Part shown: piece after piece, positions 13,654 through 26,769 of the stretch | Numbering within the stretch: position 1 is the first letter of the stretch | How the letters are laid out: each line of letters opens with the position of its first letter | Assembly: GCA_026770705.1 (NCBI GenBank) | Contig: JANJGN010000002.1 | Span: 179,614,001-179,678,000 of the forward strand | Source: Isurus oxyrinchus | Lineage: Eukaryota | Length of the DNA: 64,000 bases | Direction of reading: 5' to 3' | The notes under the pieces: model-generated | Told to the model about the DNA's origin: nothing | What the model saw: the letters and a program-made list of their open reading frames with translations, nothing else | The model's database searches: none | Made by a program: the position numbers and the translations under genes

Positions 13654-15124
13654 GTAAGTTTTAACAAGTGATTCCTTACTAATAGGAAGCTAAATAGTGC
13701 TCAGATAGCTTTTAATTTATTTTGTCTTAATAAATGCTTTATAAGCTATTTTTGTTTCATTTGCAAATATAATTTTTCAAACCAGTAACATCATTAGTGT
13801 ACCTGACAGTTCTCTTTGAATCTGTCTAGTGGAAAAATGCAAAACTCTCCATCACTGTCTCTGTCGTTGACAGTTCTCTATAAAGATAATAGAGTATGGT
13901 TCTCATTTTATGTCTGCAGAATGCTGTATTCATATAACAAGCTGTTTATATAAACATGTAATGAAATGCATAATTGTATTCTCAAATCATTTTTAGCAAA
14001 TGTTTTTTAAAAAAGTGTAGAATTTTGATCCTGTGGTAGTTATCACAAATGTCACATTTTAGAAGAAATATTTTATGAACAACAGTTTTCATTATACTTG
14101 CCTTTAATTTTGTTTAGTCTGTATACCAATTGAATTGTCACTAAAGAGCAGCGAATTTGGTATCGGAAATTACTTTTAGTAGGTGGCTGTTGAATCCAGA
14201 TGGCAAGTTGTCTCCCTTTGTCTGAACCTAACAATGTTAGCACTTTTAATTCATGATAATTATTAACTCCATTCATATGCAGTTTAGCTAATCTTTACAA
14301 TTCAGTATCTGGATGGTAATTGCAGCCAGTTGTTACTATGGGTGCATTTTTTTTCCTGTTTATTTATGTTGCTTATTTCAGGGGAAAATGTTGCTGATGG
14401 GAAAGATCACTGGAGTGATAGCTGTTCCATTAACTTGTTCAATGGACCAGTTTCAATGTATTCTCAATAGAGGTGGACAAGAGGTTATATATGGACCATT
14501 TGGATTCCCATGTTATTCTGGTTGGGTTTTGGGCATTCTTCAGCTCACTGTCTTGGACCTTCAGTTGTTCATTTGAGTTTAAAAGACTATTTCTTTGTAT
14601 TTCTAACAATTATGCAGAATTAATTTAGTTTCTGTCTTGTATGAAAAGCTACAGCAGAGAATAATGGAAATCCAAGTTATCTCACCTGCAGGTTTTTTAT
14701 TTCTGTATTAGTCAATGCAATAGGTATAAATCCAGGAATAATTGGAGTTTATCAGTTCAAAGAAAGAAATGGAAATTTATAAAATTGCTCCTGCTAAAAG
14801 CACAGTAAGACCTACAGAATTTCTACTTCATCACCTCAGAGTCTGCTGAAGTTCTAATGCATCCCTCTGTACTTCTGTTGCATGAGGTATTAGTTAATTC
14901 TGCATTAGAAGCTCTGTTTTCACACAATACCCCAAATAAATAGCTTATCAGTGAGGCAATTCAGTGAACAGAAATTTTGTAAAGATTCTTCAGTGTGGGC
15001 TCTTGAATGAATCTAGGAAGCATTCTGTGTAGGATGTAGGATGTAGGATTTAGGATGCTGCAGTTTTTTGAGTAAAAACTATTTGTTTTGTACAATTACA
15101 AAATGATCTGCCATGTCCAGTCTT

Positions 15125-15790
15125 GAGAAGCAGAATACTGTAGATGCTGGAAATTTGACATGAAAACAGGAAATGCTGGAAATAATCAGCAAGTCAGATA
15201 ATATCCATGGAGAGAGAATCAGAGGTAACAGTTCAGGTTGATGGCCTTTCATCAGAATTGGGAACAAGTAGAGATGTAGCAGGTTTTGAGCAAGGAGTGG
15301 GTGGGAGAAGGACTAAAGGAAGGCCTGAGATAGGTTGAAGAACAAGAGAGATTGAATGGCAGAAAAGTTAGTCTTACAAGGCCAAAGAGAATGGTGCTGG
15401 GGCAAGAAAAGAAACAAGGAAGTAAAAAAATGTGCTGAGAGCAGATGTTTTCCTGTCTGAAAGTAAAAATAAGAGAAAAACTGAAAGATGCAAAGCAAAG
15501 GAAACAAAATAGGGGGCAGAGCTTACGGTCTGAAACTGTTGAACTCAGTGTTGGACCCGGAAAGCTGTAAAATGCCTAATCAAAAGATGAGGTGCTGTTT
15601 CTGAAGCTTGCAATGAGTTTCACAGGGACAGTGAGGCAGACCAAGGTCAGAGGTGTCAGCATGAGAACAAGGTGGTGAACTAAAATGGCAGGCCACCAGA
15701 AGCTTGGTTTCATGCTTGTGGACTGAATGGAAGTGTTCCGCAAAATGGTAAATCAATCTCCGTTTGGTCTCCCCACTGTAGAGCAGGCTG
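15125..15790 (-). mobile_element. Penelope-like element (family A), old 3' fragment
   Basis: Reverse complement encodes LLYSGETKR and KLQKQHLIF*LGILQLSGSNTEFN (compare ORF 35651-36819); 3' UTR with CTGATGA hammerhead remnant at ~15223-15258. Confidence 0.8.
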
Positions 15791-16904
15791 GAATGGAAAT
15801 CAAACCTACACTTTTGACATTATTCTGTACTAGCCAACTGAACAATCAATACAGCTATCCAGCTAACTGAGTTAAATGGTTCCCTATATTAGCTATCCCC
15901 CACAGAATCTAAACTAGGTACATAAACTAATTTAAAAGCATGTTAGAAAGTGAAGTAAAGATTGGCAAAGAAAGATGGGCTTAAGAGACAGAGAGAGAGA
16001 TAAAAGAGATAGGACAATTAAAAACAATACATTTTACAGTTTTTAAAATCTCCAATGCTAATTGAATTCTGAAGGAATGAGGCTGCACCTTTATAAAACT
16101 AAAGTTTCAGAGCTAGAGATGTTGATTGGCAGTAATTATCATGCTATTAAAGATTTTTCTACTTCTGAACGCACCAGCCCTAATGTTTTTTGGTGTGTTT
16201 AGTGGGTAACTAATGGGTGAGTATGACAATTTCATGCCATTATATTGATTTCAGTTCAAGTCTATTGATGGGTACAGCCTTTGGAGGAGCGAGCTTTATC
16301 TGGCAGCAGCTTATGGATTTCTGTGCTCAGTATGCATGTTTGGATGCAAGAGGTTGCTGCCTGATTCACTCCATAATAATAGAGTGCTGTTGCTTCACCT
16401 TTATTCTTAAAGCAAATTTTAGTTCAATGTGTTTGTATTTCTGACTTATAGGAAGCTATTTCTAGATGCCAGAGATCAAATATATTTGGTGCCAGCATAA
16501 AATAGATGTTGTCAATTGTGGGATTGACATGACAGAGCTCACTAGATCTTTGTAGGAAGTTCTCTTCAAGCACATCGAGGGCCATCCATTCGCTGCTGGC
16601 CCAATAGTCTGTGTTTCTACATAATGTTTGCCATCATAGATTTTCATATGAATTGAATTTAAGCAGCCTTAATTCAGTTCTTTCTGAACATCCATACCAC
16701 AAAACTGTGTCTAACTTGCTGCTAGATGGGAAAACTCACTCTGAGATATCATAAATAAACGCATAAGAAGAATTGAATATTTCCAAGCAACACAATATTG
16801 TTCCAAGTAAGCATGGGGTTGGAGCACCTGAGTGCTGAATTCAGGGAATTTTTCTGAGTATCTAACTGTGATATCTCATCTGGAGTGCTGGGTGATGACA
16901 CAGA

Positions 16905-17498
16905 GGGCTGAATTTTTCGGGCCGCGTGGAGATGGTGTTGGAAGCAGGGTTGCCATGAAAGTATAGGGGAGCCACTTCAGCTTGGCTCCCTAATGCATTC
17001 CCGACCCATGGAAATTTCACAGGGATGAGCTGGGAACAGGGTCGGTTGCCTGCACCACAGAGGTGGGCAGCCAATTAGGGTCCACTTAGGACCCATTTTG
17101 TGATAGTGCTGGTCATTTCCTGCCATTAGAGTGGAACCCCCTAACCAAGTGCAGAGCCCAGCAGCTCATTAGAACCAGTTCCCAGTGACAGCTTGTGGAG
17201 GACATTGGAACTAGAGGCTTCATGTCAACAAAGATGGGGCCATGGGAATGATATTGCATCCAAATAAAATCCCACATAGGGATTTCCTCTTTATGGGGCT
17301 GCTGGCCATTCAGTGCTGTGGGCCCTCCAGTGCTGTGGGCCCTCTGATTGGATCTCCAGCCTCAGGAACCTCCTTGCCATCCTTAATAAAACGGCAAGTG
17401 CCTTCTGGAGGTTGAAGCAGCAGGTGTGCTGACAACATGGATGGGCTGCAGACCACCCTATGGGCTGGAGAACTGGGCCCCAGCTAAAAAATTGACCC
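16905..17498. mobile_element. Degenerate Harbinger-type MITE
   Basis: Ends gggctgaatttt ... aaaattgaccc form an imperfect TIR; internal 17-bp tandem duplication cagtgctgtgggccctc at ~17311-17344. Confidence 0.5.
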
Positions 17499-17599
17499 TG
17501 AGTGTCACAAATAGTATTAGCATTCCTAATGGCAATTATAATTATTTGCACAATATTTCTAATCCACTATGATAAAGGGTGGGAGAAGATTCGGATGAT

Positions 17600-18900
17600 G
17601 CGTGAACACCGGCATCAGGATAAATGCAAGAATGCTGAATTTTAAATGACCACAACAATTTATACTACAGGAGGAAAGGGATGCTGATTGGTTGGCAAGT
17701 AGACTGTGATTGGTCAAGGCGTTGGCATGGGAAAAGCAGCAGGCAACTATAGACGCCCTCAACTCTCCAGGTAATTCAAAAATGTTGCAAAAATTGAATA
17801 TATTCCTTCTGTTTGCAGAGAACAAGTCCTTGCATATGAATGTATGTCACTTCTAGCAAGCCTAAATGAGCCACTTTATGAGCTCGACTGATTATTTTAA
17901 ATTAGCTGTTAGTGTAGCTATTGGTGCACTCAGGATTGTTCAGCGAGTGTTGCCCAATTGTGGAATCACATTTAGCAATAGATTTTTTTTTGGTTTTGAA
18001 AGTGCGGCTGGTTGAGTAAGGTCTGTACTTTGCATACTGAGAAAAGCTAAAGGAATATGTTGTTTGATTCAGTCAGTCATTCAGATGTACGCCCTACACA
18101 CTTGGCATTGCACCAGAATTGAAATTCATGCACGACATTGCTCAATTGTGGTAGGCAGAATGTCTCTTGGACTGATGGCAGCATCCTAATAATGGATGTC
18201 ACCTCTGCATAGTAGCAGCATGAAATGGCTTGCTTAACCTTGTCCAAATTTTTGAGATACTTTGCCATTCCAGGGTAATTTGAGGTTGACTGGGCACTTT
18301 TCAGGTCCGATATTGATGGTCTTTGGCTTATTTGTGAATTTCCAGGATACACAGCGAACAATAATTTGATCAGGATAGCCGTTGTCCCACAGGATAACTT
18401 TGATCGACTCTATTTCTGCATCAAGTTTGCAAGTTGAGCAAATTGCTCAGGCCCTGTTTATAAGTTTGCTGATAAGGCCAATCTTATAGTGTGTGGAGCT
18501 GTACGAATCCCAACACGTATATTGACTGGTGAAGGTAGGCTTCCGGTAGACAGCAGTGGAGAACCCATTAGCAGATTTCTTAAGTAGCCCATCAAGAAAA
18601 GGGAGTGCTCCATCTCAAAAGTGAATTTGAGCGTGGGATGGTAAGTATTAAGGTGCGTAAGGAAAACCTTACCTGCAGCTGCAGATTCGGAGATCATGAA
18701 TGTATCATCTACATATTAGAAATGTGCATGGTGTAGGAGGTTAGGGTTCATTCCATCAAAAACGCATTTCTCACTGAAACTGACAAAAGTGTTAGTGAGC
18801 GCTGGACCCAAAAGCAATTCTTTGGCAATTCCATGTATAGGGGCACAAATGGTATCATTAAAACTGAACTCAACTATGTGAGTTGCTAAGTTCTTAAGCT
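17600..18900 (-). mobile_element. Penelope-like element (family B), RT C-terminus plus GIY-YIG, decayed
   Basis: Reverse complement gives F*YVDDTF then FLTHLNTYHPTLKFTFEME, and later VVHEFQFWCNAKCVGRTS. Confidence 0.85.
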
Positions 18901-19689
18901 CAATGAATAATATAAATTCACACTTTATAATGCACTTTGAAACTCTTGTTGTTCCTCATTTGCCATTTAAATCTATAAAATTAAAAGGCATACAAGATAC
19001 ATTTACTAGGTAGGGCAGTGAACTTAAAAGAAAAATAATAAAGGTTAATGAAAATGCAGGGAAACAAAATAAAGAAGCTGGGATTGTAAAAGTATTTCAG
19101 TAAAAGTAAAAGATTAAGGGAAAGGTCAATTCATTCCCTGGTATCATAAAAAGCAGCAAATACTGTTCAAAAATATTTCTCTACATTCACACATTAAGCT
19201 TAGATTTGAGGCTATCTGACTTCATTTATTGCATTAAAAGCTACTTCCAGGCCAGAAATTGACAGGCTTAATAGAAATAAATAGTGAATGGTTATGCATT
19301 TTTTATGCATCCAGTGAATGGTGGATGGTTATGCATCCTATCTTGATGAGTAGATTTAAAATAATATGATTAAGTGAACACTATTTTTAAAAGAATATCC
19401 TCAGTGCTAGTCATCAATTGAGTAAAGTAGACATGCAATCAGGGGCATGGGAGGAGTTTTGTTTCATTTTCTGGCCCAAAGATTAATTGCTGTCCATAGA
19501 ATACTGCATTATAGCCTGGTAATAACAATTGGAAAAGGTTCGGAGAATTATTCATTCATTCAGTTTATTTCGTAATATACATTTGGAGAGCAGATACAGA
19601 TTATTCAAAATCCCATTTTTTCTGGGCAATATGTACAGATTTTGCAGACATTCAGTTCACGAATGCAAAGTATAGCCAAATCAGTTTCC

Positions 19690-20430
19690 TGGGAAACGCG
19701 CCATTTCCATGATGAGTGGGCTCTCATTCGCCCTCATGCCATCACCTTGCTGATGCATCACGCCGGCTGCCATCTTTGAAAGGTAGACGCCAGCAAAGCA
19801 CTCATTGCCACCAGTTCACCACCACTGCTGCCCAGGAGACGTGGCCAGCAAAGGAAAAAAGACTGCATCCACCGCCCCGCCCCCACCTTGAGAAGGTGGT
19901 GGTGAGCTGCCTTCTTGAACTACTGCAGTCCATGTGGTGTAGGTGCACCCAGAGCAGCGGGAGCCCCTGCTGCCCCTTCTCCATGAGGTTGCTGCTCCTG
20001 CCTTTGCGCATCCAGGAGCCTCCGTCACTCTCTCCTCTGTCTTCTAAGTCTCTGCAGACCATCAGGCATACAACTAGGTCACCAGGATCATCCATGATCC
20101 TGACATGGTCCTCCTGCAGCATGAAAGAGAGAGAGATGTGGCTATCATGGCTGTACATAACACCTTTCCTGGCCCCTTAATGCTTCCCGGAGAGTGCTGG
20201 TCACCCCTCGGATGGCCAGAGATGAGTGCGCTGCATGGGCACCCTGTCAATCTGCGACATGGGGGGACACTGGTCCAAACTGGGGTGTTGAGATTGCAAA
20301 GGGGCTGTGAGCACCTCCAGCAGTGACTGCTGCATGGGCAGTGTTGGTGAGGAGATTGTAAAATGTGTGTAGCCCAACTGCTCCGCAGTTCAATAAAGTG
20401 GTGGATTTGAAGTCCGTGCGCAGGGTGAGG
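19690..20430 (-). mobile_element. Internally deleted Harbinger derivative (opposite orientation to 39025-46601) with LINE-A filler
   Basis: 19690-19880 matches the reverse complement of ~46290-46475; 19950-20420 matches the reverse complement of ~42380-42820 (MDDPGDLVVCLMVCRD = transposase start); 19886-19950 is LINE-A tail sequence. Confidence 0.75.
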
Positions 20431-20499
20431 GGGAGGGGGGGGGGGTGGACTGTGGGGGTGAGGGTGGCAGGGTGCAAGCGTAAGGTATGGAGACAAGGC

Positions 20500-23378
20500 A
20501 AGAGAGAAAGGTATTAATATGGGAAATGATAGATAGTAACAAGAAGGGACAGAGAGTACAATTCTAAGAGTAAATCAGCAGATAAGGCTAGACACTATAA
20601 AAATAATGAAAGGACAAAACTAAGGGGTCTGTATCTAAACACAGGTTGCATTCAAGACAAAACAAATGAACTGAGTGCAAATAGAAATAAGTAAGCACAA
20701 CCTGATAACCATTACAGAGATATGGCTGCAGGATGATATAAATTGGGACCTGAATATTGAAGGGTATGTGACATTTAGGAAGCGCAGGAAGTTAGGAAAA
20801 GGTGGAGGAGTGGCTCTGTTAACTAATCTAGTATTAGCATATTAGAGAGGGATGACCTAAGTTCAGGAAACCAGGATGTAGAAGCGGTTTGGGTTGAGAT
20901 GAGGAATGATAAAGATAAGAAGTCACTTGTGGGAGTGGTGTACAGGCCCCCTAATTGTAACTACATGGTAGGACAGAGTATAAAGGAAGTAATAATGGAA
21001 GCTTCCCAGAATAGTACAGCAATAATCAATGGGAGATCTTAATCTACATATAGACTGGAAAAATCAGATGGGCAAAGAGAGCATAGATGAGGGGTTCATA
21101 AAATGTTTTTGGGATAGTTTCTTAGAACAGCATGTTCTGGAGCCAACCAGAGAGCAGGCTGTGCTCTCTATGTATTGAGCAATGAGATAGGATTAATGGA
21201 TAACCTCAGAGTGAAGGCACCCCCTAGATAGCAGCAATCATAATATGATTGAATTTTACAAACATTTTGAGAGAGAAATGAATGTGTCCAAAACTAGTAT
21301 TTTCCCTTAAAGAAGGGAAATTATGAGGTTATGAAAGCGGAGCTAGCCAAAGTGAACTGGCAAATGAGGTTAAGGGATAGGTCAATAGAGGTTCAGTGGC
21401 AAACATTTAAAGGGCAAACATTTCAGAATACAAGAATAGATGCATTCCAAGAAGAAAGAAAATTCCAAGTGGAGGGCCCATCATCTGTGGTTAACGAAAG
21501 AAGTCAAAGACAGTATCAAACCTAAAGGAAAAGCATATAATTAGGCGAAGATGGGTGACAGGTCAGAAGATTGGACAGAATATAAAAAGCAGCAACGAAT
21601 GACAAAAAGATTAATAAGGAGGGAAAAATTAGAATATGAGATAAAGCTAGCTAGTAATATAAAGACAGATAGTAAGAGTTTCTGCAGATATTTAACTAAG
21701 AAAAGAGTTAACAAAGTGAGCTTTGGACCTATAGAAAGTGTATCTGAGGAATCGATAATGGAAAGCAGGGAGATGACAGATGAATTAAAAAGGTATTTTG
21801 CATTGGCCTTCACTGTGGAGGACACAAGTAACATTCTGGAAATGGCTGTAAATCAGGAAATGGAATGGAGGAAGGAACTCAAGAAAATTATAATTACCAG
21901 GGAAGTGGTATTAAGCAAATTGTTGGGGATAGGCTCCATTAGATTGGAAAATAGCGAATGTTATTCAAAAAGGGAGGGAGACAGAAAGCAGGAAACTGCA
22001 GGCCAGGTAGTCTAACATCTGTCATCAGGAAAATGTTAGAAGCTATTATTAAAGATATTATAGCAGGGCACTCAGAAACAATCAGGCAGAGTCAACATGG
22101 TTTTGTAAAAGAGAAATCACGTTTAACCAATTTATTGGAGTTCTTTGATGGAGTCACATGTGCTGTGGATAAAGGGAGAACCGGTGGATTTACTGTACTT
22201 AGATTTCCAGAAGGCATTTGATAAAGTGCCACATCAAAGTTTATTGCAGAAAATAAATGCTCACAGTATAGGGGGTAACATATTGGCATGGATAGAGCAT
22301 TGGCTTGCTAACAGGAAGCAGAGAGTTGGCATAAATGGGTCTTCTTCTGGTTTGCAGGATGGGACAAGTGGTATGCCACAGGGATCAGTGCTGGGGCCTC
22401 AACTTCTTACAATTTATATAAATGACTTGGATAAGGGACCAAAGGAATGGTGGCTTAATTTGCTGATGACACAAAGATAGGTAGGAAAATAAATTGTGAA
22501 GAGGACATAAGGAGGCTACAGAGTGACATAGGTTAAGTGAGTAGGCAAAGATCTGTCAAATAGAGCATAATGTGGGCACATGTGAAATTGTTCACTTTGG
22601 CAGGAAGAATAAAAAAGACGCTTATTATCTAAATGGCGAGAGATTGCAGAGCTCCATGATTCAGAAGGATCTGGGTATCCTAGTGCATGAATCACAAAAG
22701 GTACAGCAGGTAATTAGGAAATCTAATAAAATGTTATCATTTATTGTGAGGGGAATTGATTACAAAAGTAGGGAAGTTATGCTTCAGTTGTACAGGGCAT
22801 TGGTGAGACCACATCTGGAGTATTGTGTACAGTATTGGTCTCCTTATTTAAAGAAAGGTGTAAATGCATTAGAAGCAGTTCAGAGAAGGTTTACCAGACT
22901 AATACCAAGGATGAGCGAGTTGCCTTATGAGGAAAGGTTGGATAGGTTAGGCTTGTATTCACTGGAATTTAGAAGAGCAATAGGCAACTTAATTGAAACT
23001 TTTAAGATTTTGAGGGGTCTTGACAGGGTGGATGTGAAGAAGATGTTTCTTCTTGTGGGAGGATCTCAAACTAGGGGTCATTGTTTAAAAATAAGGGATC
23101 ATTCATTTAAGACAAAGATGAGAAATTTTTTCTCTCAGAAGGTTAAGAGTCTTTGGAACTCTTTCCCTCAAAAGGCAGTGGACAGTCTTTGAATATTTTT
23201 AAGGCAGGGCTAGATAGATTCTTGATTAACAAGGGGGTGACAGGTTATTGGGGTAGGCAGGAATGTGGAGTTGAGGTTACATTCAGAGCAGCTATGATCT
23301 TATCAAATGGCAGAGCAGGTTCGAGGGGCCAAGTGGTCTGTTCCTGCTCCTAATTTGTATGTACGTATGTTCGTATGA
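20500..23378 (+). mobile_element. CR1 LINE (family B), nearly complete ORF2 (APE + RT), decayed
   Basis: GKGGGVALL, GVVYRPP, QHGFVKEKSRLTNLLEFFD, YLDFQKAFDKVPH, PQGSVLGP, LVRPHLEYCVQYWSP; 3' microsatellite (gtatgtac/gtatgttc). Confidence 0.92.
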
Positions 23379-24339
23379 TTTTTTTTTAGGATTTTTTCAG
23401 AAGAATAAGCCAAACCTGTATAAATGTGCTCTGATTTTGTTAGGCAATCTGTTAGTATCTCACCAAAATCAAATAGGACATGAAGTATACAGAATCCAGA
23501 CAGAATGTAGGAATATTTGTTGTGGAAACTTCAAATAGCGATTGCAAGAAACATTTGATGCCCATCTGGTAGAAGATGCTACAAACATTCATCAGAGATC
23601 GTTGGAGTGGCAACCCTGGATTCATTGTGAGGAATCTGTAACCTTGGGGTAGGAGAAGGTCTAGAGTTTGATGGGATTAGACAAGGAGGAAGGGAAAAGA
23701 CTGAACCGAACAAAGGTACCCCAAAGTTTTACAATGAAAACCTGGATTATTACCGTGTAAATCTGGCATTTACAAACCCTGAGCATTAATGTGAGAATTC
23801 TGCACCATTGACATGGATGAGCCTGAAGCATCTATTTAAAAACATGTCTTCAGAAAGCAATAGGTAAGGGAGATTTTCTAAACTGTGAAGAAAATATAAT
23901 AGTGATAGGATGGACGTTTCAGGTTGTATGTTTTGTTAGGCTAAGGATTGAAAGGGGCTTCTTATAAATACTAGCTTCAACATGGTGGAACTAATGCAAA
24001 TAGAATTTTTTTTTAAATGGCTGGTTCTAATTTTAAATTTAATGAGCACAGTTTATTTGAACTGGAGTGAATTGAGTATTCAGAGCTTTAGCAGTTTACT
24101 CATCCCTGTCAGATGACGCATGCTATAGTTTAATTAATTGCATCTGCCTCTGCAGTGAAACTCATTGGCATTTGCAGTTGCTGCTTAATATTTACACAAC
24201 AATCCATCCTTAGTTCAGATTACTGATCCTATTTAAATTGTAAATACTTCCTTTTACAGATAATGGAAATTAAGCTAATTATCTGTTATTTACTAGTCGT
24301 GTTTTTTTACAGGATGTTTTGAGGCACTCTTTAATTGTG

Positions 24340-25000
24340 TTGGGAATGAAATTGGTGTTCGGCAAATAGTGAATCTGCAGCCCATTTTACATCACACCTA
24401 ATATTCTTTCATATTGAAATCAATTACAGTGACATGCCTAAGCAGATAGGGGAGAGAGACCATGGGAAGGATTGGGGTGGGCACGGAAGCGGGCAGCTGT
24501 GAAAGTTGGTGCCATTGGCCAGCATATCGGTTCCCCAGCTCAGTCCCACTCCCAGATTATTTTGCCAGAGGCTGGGTAGGAGGGGACAGCAAGCCATGGG
24601 TAGTGAATTTAAATGATTCAGAGCCTGTTCCCCAGAGGCATTGGGGACAGTGTAACCCTCCCTCCCTGCCTGGTTCAGCCATGTCTGCAGACTGCCCTGT
24701 GGAGGGTCCATCCTGTCATAATGGTGGCTTCTGAGGCCATTTTTTAAATAAATTTTATGAAGTGTGGAGAGGACACCTCCATCTTGGGATGCCTTCTCCC
24801 TCACTTAGCTGCAAAGGTATCCTGCAGCTGATGCCTCTGAGTTGGAGACCCTTTTATTGACCCTCGAGCTTCGAGAGTCCACCTTTCATCTTTAATTGGA
24901 TGGCGAGCCTGCCCTTTGGCCACTAATTGACCATTGTGGGAAAATCACAGATGAGTGACTGTTCCCCAAATGTCCTGTAGCCCATTGGGAAAATCCTGTC
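24340..25000. mobile_element. Degenerate MITE-like element
   Basis: GC-richer block with ttaattgg motifs, ending gaaaatcctgtc like the other MITE termini. Confidence 0.35.
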
Positions 25001-25149
25001 AGTGTTCTTGCATCATTAGAGACAACCTATTTACTGTGGGGATTAGGCATGCCTGAGAAAATAGTTCCCTAGTTGTGAGGAGTACAATTGACTGACTAGC
25101 TGCTGGCCAAGAATCTCTGGTCAATCTAAGAAGGCAGGAAAGGCAAGTA

Positions 25150-25255
25150 GGAGTTGGGGGGGAGGTGGGGGGTGGTGGGGGAGGGTGGGGGGGGTCGTGG
25201 GTTGGGGGAGCCGTGGGGTTGGGGGGTTTGGAGGGGGCAGGGGGGGGGTGGTGAT
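25150..25255 (+). repeat. G-rich low-complexity tract (potential G-quadruplex)
   Basis: More than 10 closely spaced runs of 3 or more G. Confidence 0.6.
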
Positions 25256-26769
25256 GAACATCAGCAGGGAGTAAATTGAAATTTTAACCTGGAGTTAGGA
25301 GGATCACTCCTGCACTGTTTGGCTTCACATTTCGATAGGTTTTCAAAACTTAGCTTTGTGTTTCCTGCATGGCCTCAAACAGGCCCTTTGAGAGCCGCTG
25401 GTTAGACCACGTACAAACAACAAAAACCTGTCAGAGTTTACGCAGTGCTAGCTCTAACAGATTCTTGCCCAGTATAGCGGAATGGGCCTGCAAAAGACGT
25501 AGAGCTCTTTGCATATTTAAATTAGGCCAACACTGCTTTAGCTAGAGGCCACACCACCACTGCATTTTGGGTACAGTGTGGCCTGACGAAGAAGAGGCTT
25601 GCAACTCAAGGCACCTTCCTGCATCAGAGATATGAATGTATATACTTCTTCTTTAATCATTACTATTCCTAATATATTTGAAAACATAACTCTTTGAGCT
25701 GCACATGAATGGATGTCCTTTGAGCCTGAGGTCAAAGCAATGATGTTGTGAAAAGAAATGGGCAGGAAGGGGAAGGGGACACCTTCTCTCTGTTCATCCT
25801 ATTAACTAAAAACAAGACAATGTTGTCTAGTTAGTAACTTAAATTTGTGAAATGATAACATGGGCAATTTAGCCACTGTGAGGACAAATCGAACTTGGCT
25901 TTAATTGCGTTAATCGTTAGGGCCATGATGCAAAATGGAAATGTTAAAAGGCTTTGCTTCAGGCACATGAACAGCTAACCAAATATTGCTGGAAGCTAAA
26001 GAGAAGTGTCCAGCATTTGGGCTGATTACATACCACAGATACATGCTAGGAAATTGTGCATATTGCATGAGTGCAAGATCTGCTGTCAGCTGAAGGAGTC
26101 AAAGCCCCAGACAAAATTTGGACCCCAAAATGTGGAATTTTCCAGTCCTGCCAGCAACGGGAATCATAGCAGGGGGGGAGCAAGATTTGGCTGGAAGCCA
26201 AAAATCAGTTTCCTGTTTCAGGAAATTAGTTTGAAATCTTGTTCTTCCAACTTTCACGATGGCTTAAAGGTGGGTCGAATGTCCCACAGAACTAGTTGGG
26301 AATCCCATTTGCATCTCATGAATGCTCATTAAAAGGCCAACACACTGGAATATTGTTCCCCCTCCAAATTTAGCACCCTGCCAGCAGGAATTTAGAACAT
26401 TCTGTTTCACAATTGTACATAAGTGGCGTGCACCTGGCAAGGTTGACTTCTTCCTGGCCCTTCAGGTCAATTCATGCTCCTTTTGCCTTCTTGCAGACCA
26501 ACCTCAGGTGCCGGTTGCCAAAGCTGCACCAAGGCTGGAAACGGGAAGCAGGGTGGAAAGGGGGAAGGGTGGAGCAGAGGCTGGGCAGGGGAAGTGGGAG
26601 AAGGCTGGAAGGTGGGGGGGGGGTGATCCGGAGGTTTGGCCTGCAGTGAGTGAATGGCTGTCCTGGTGCTGTTTAAATATGATGCCTGGATGTTGGAGGC
26701 TATGAGGTACTGGTGGAGTGGGCCACCTCCTGCCTGCCCCAGCATGAGGTTTGTCATGCTCCTTGCAGA

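Noticed and set aside
15025-15058. (tgtagga)n short tandem repeat; similar small duplications at ~11173, ~17311 and ~51680
   Set aside because: Ordinary slippage duplications with no spacers; not CRISPR-like
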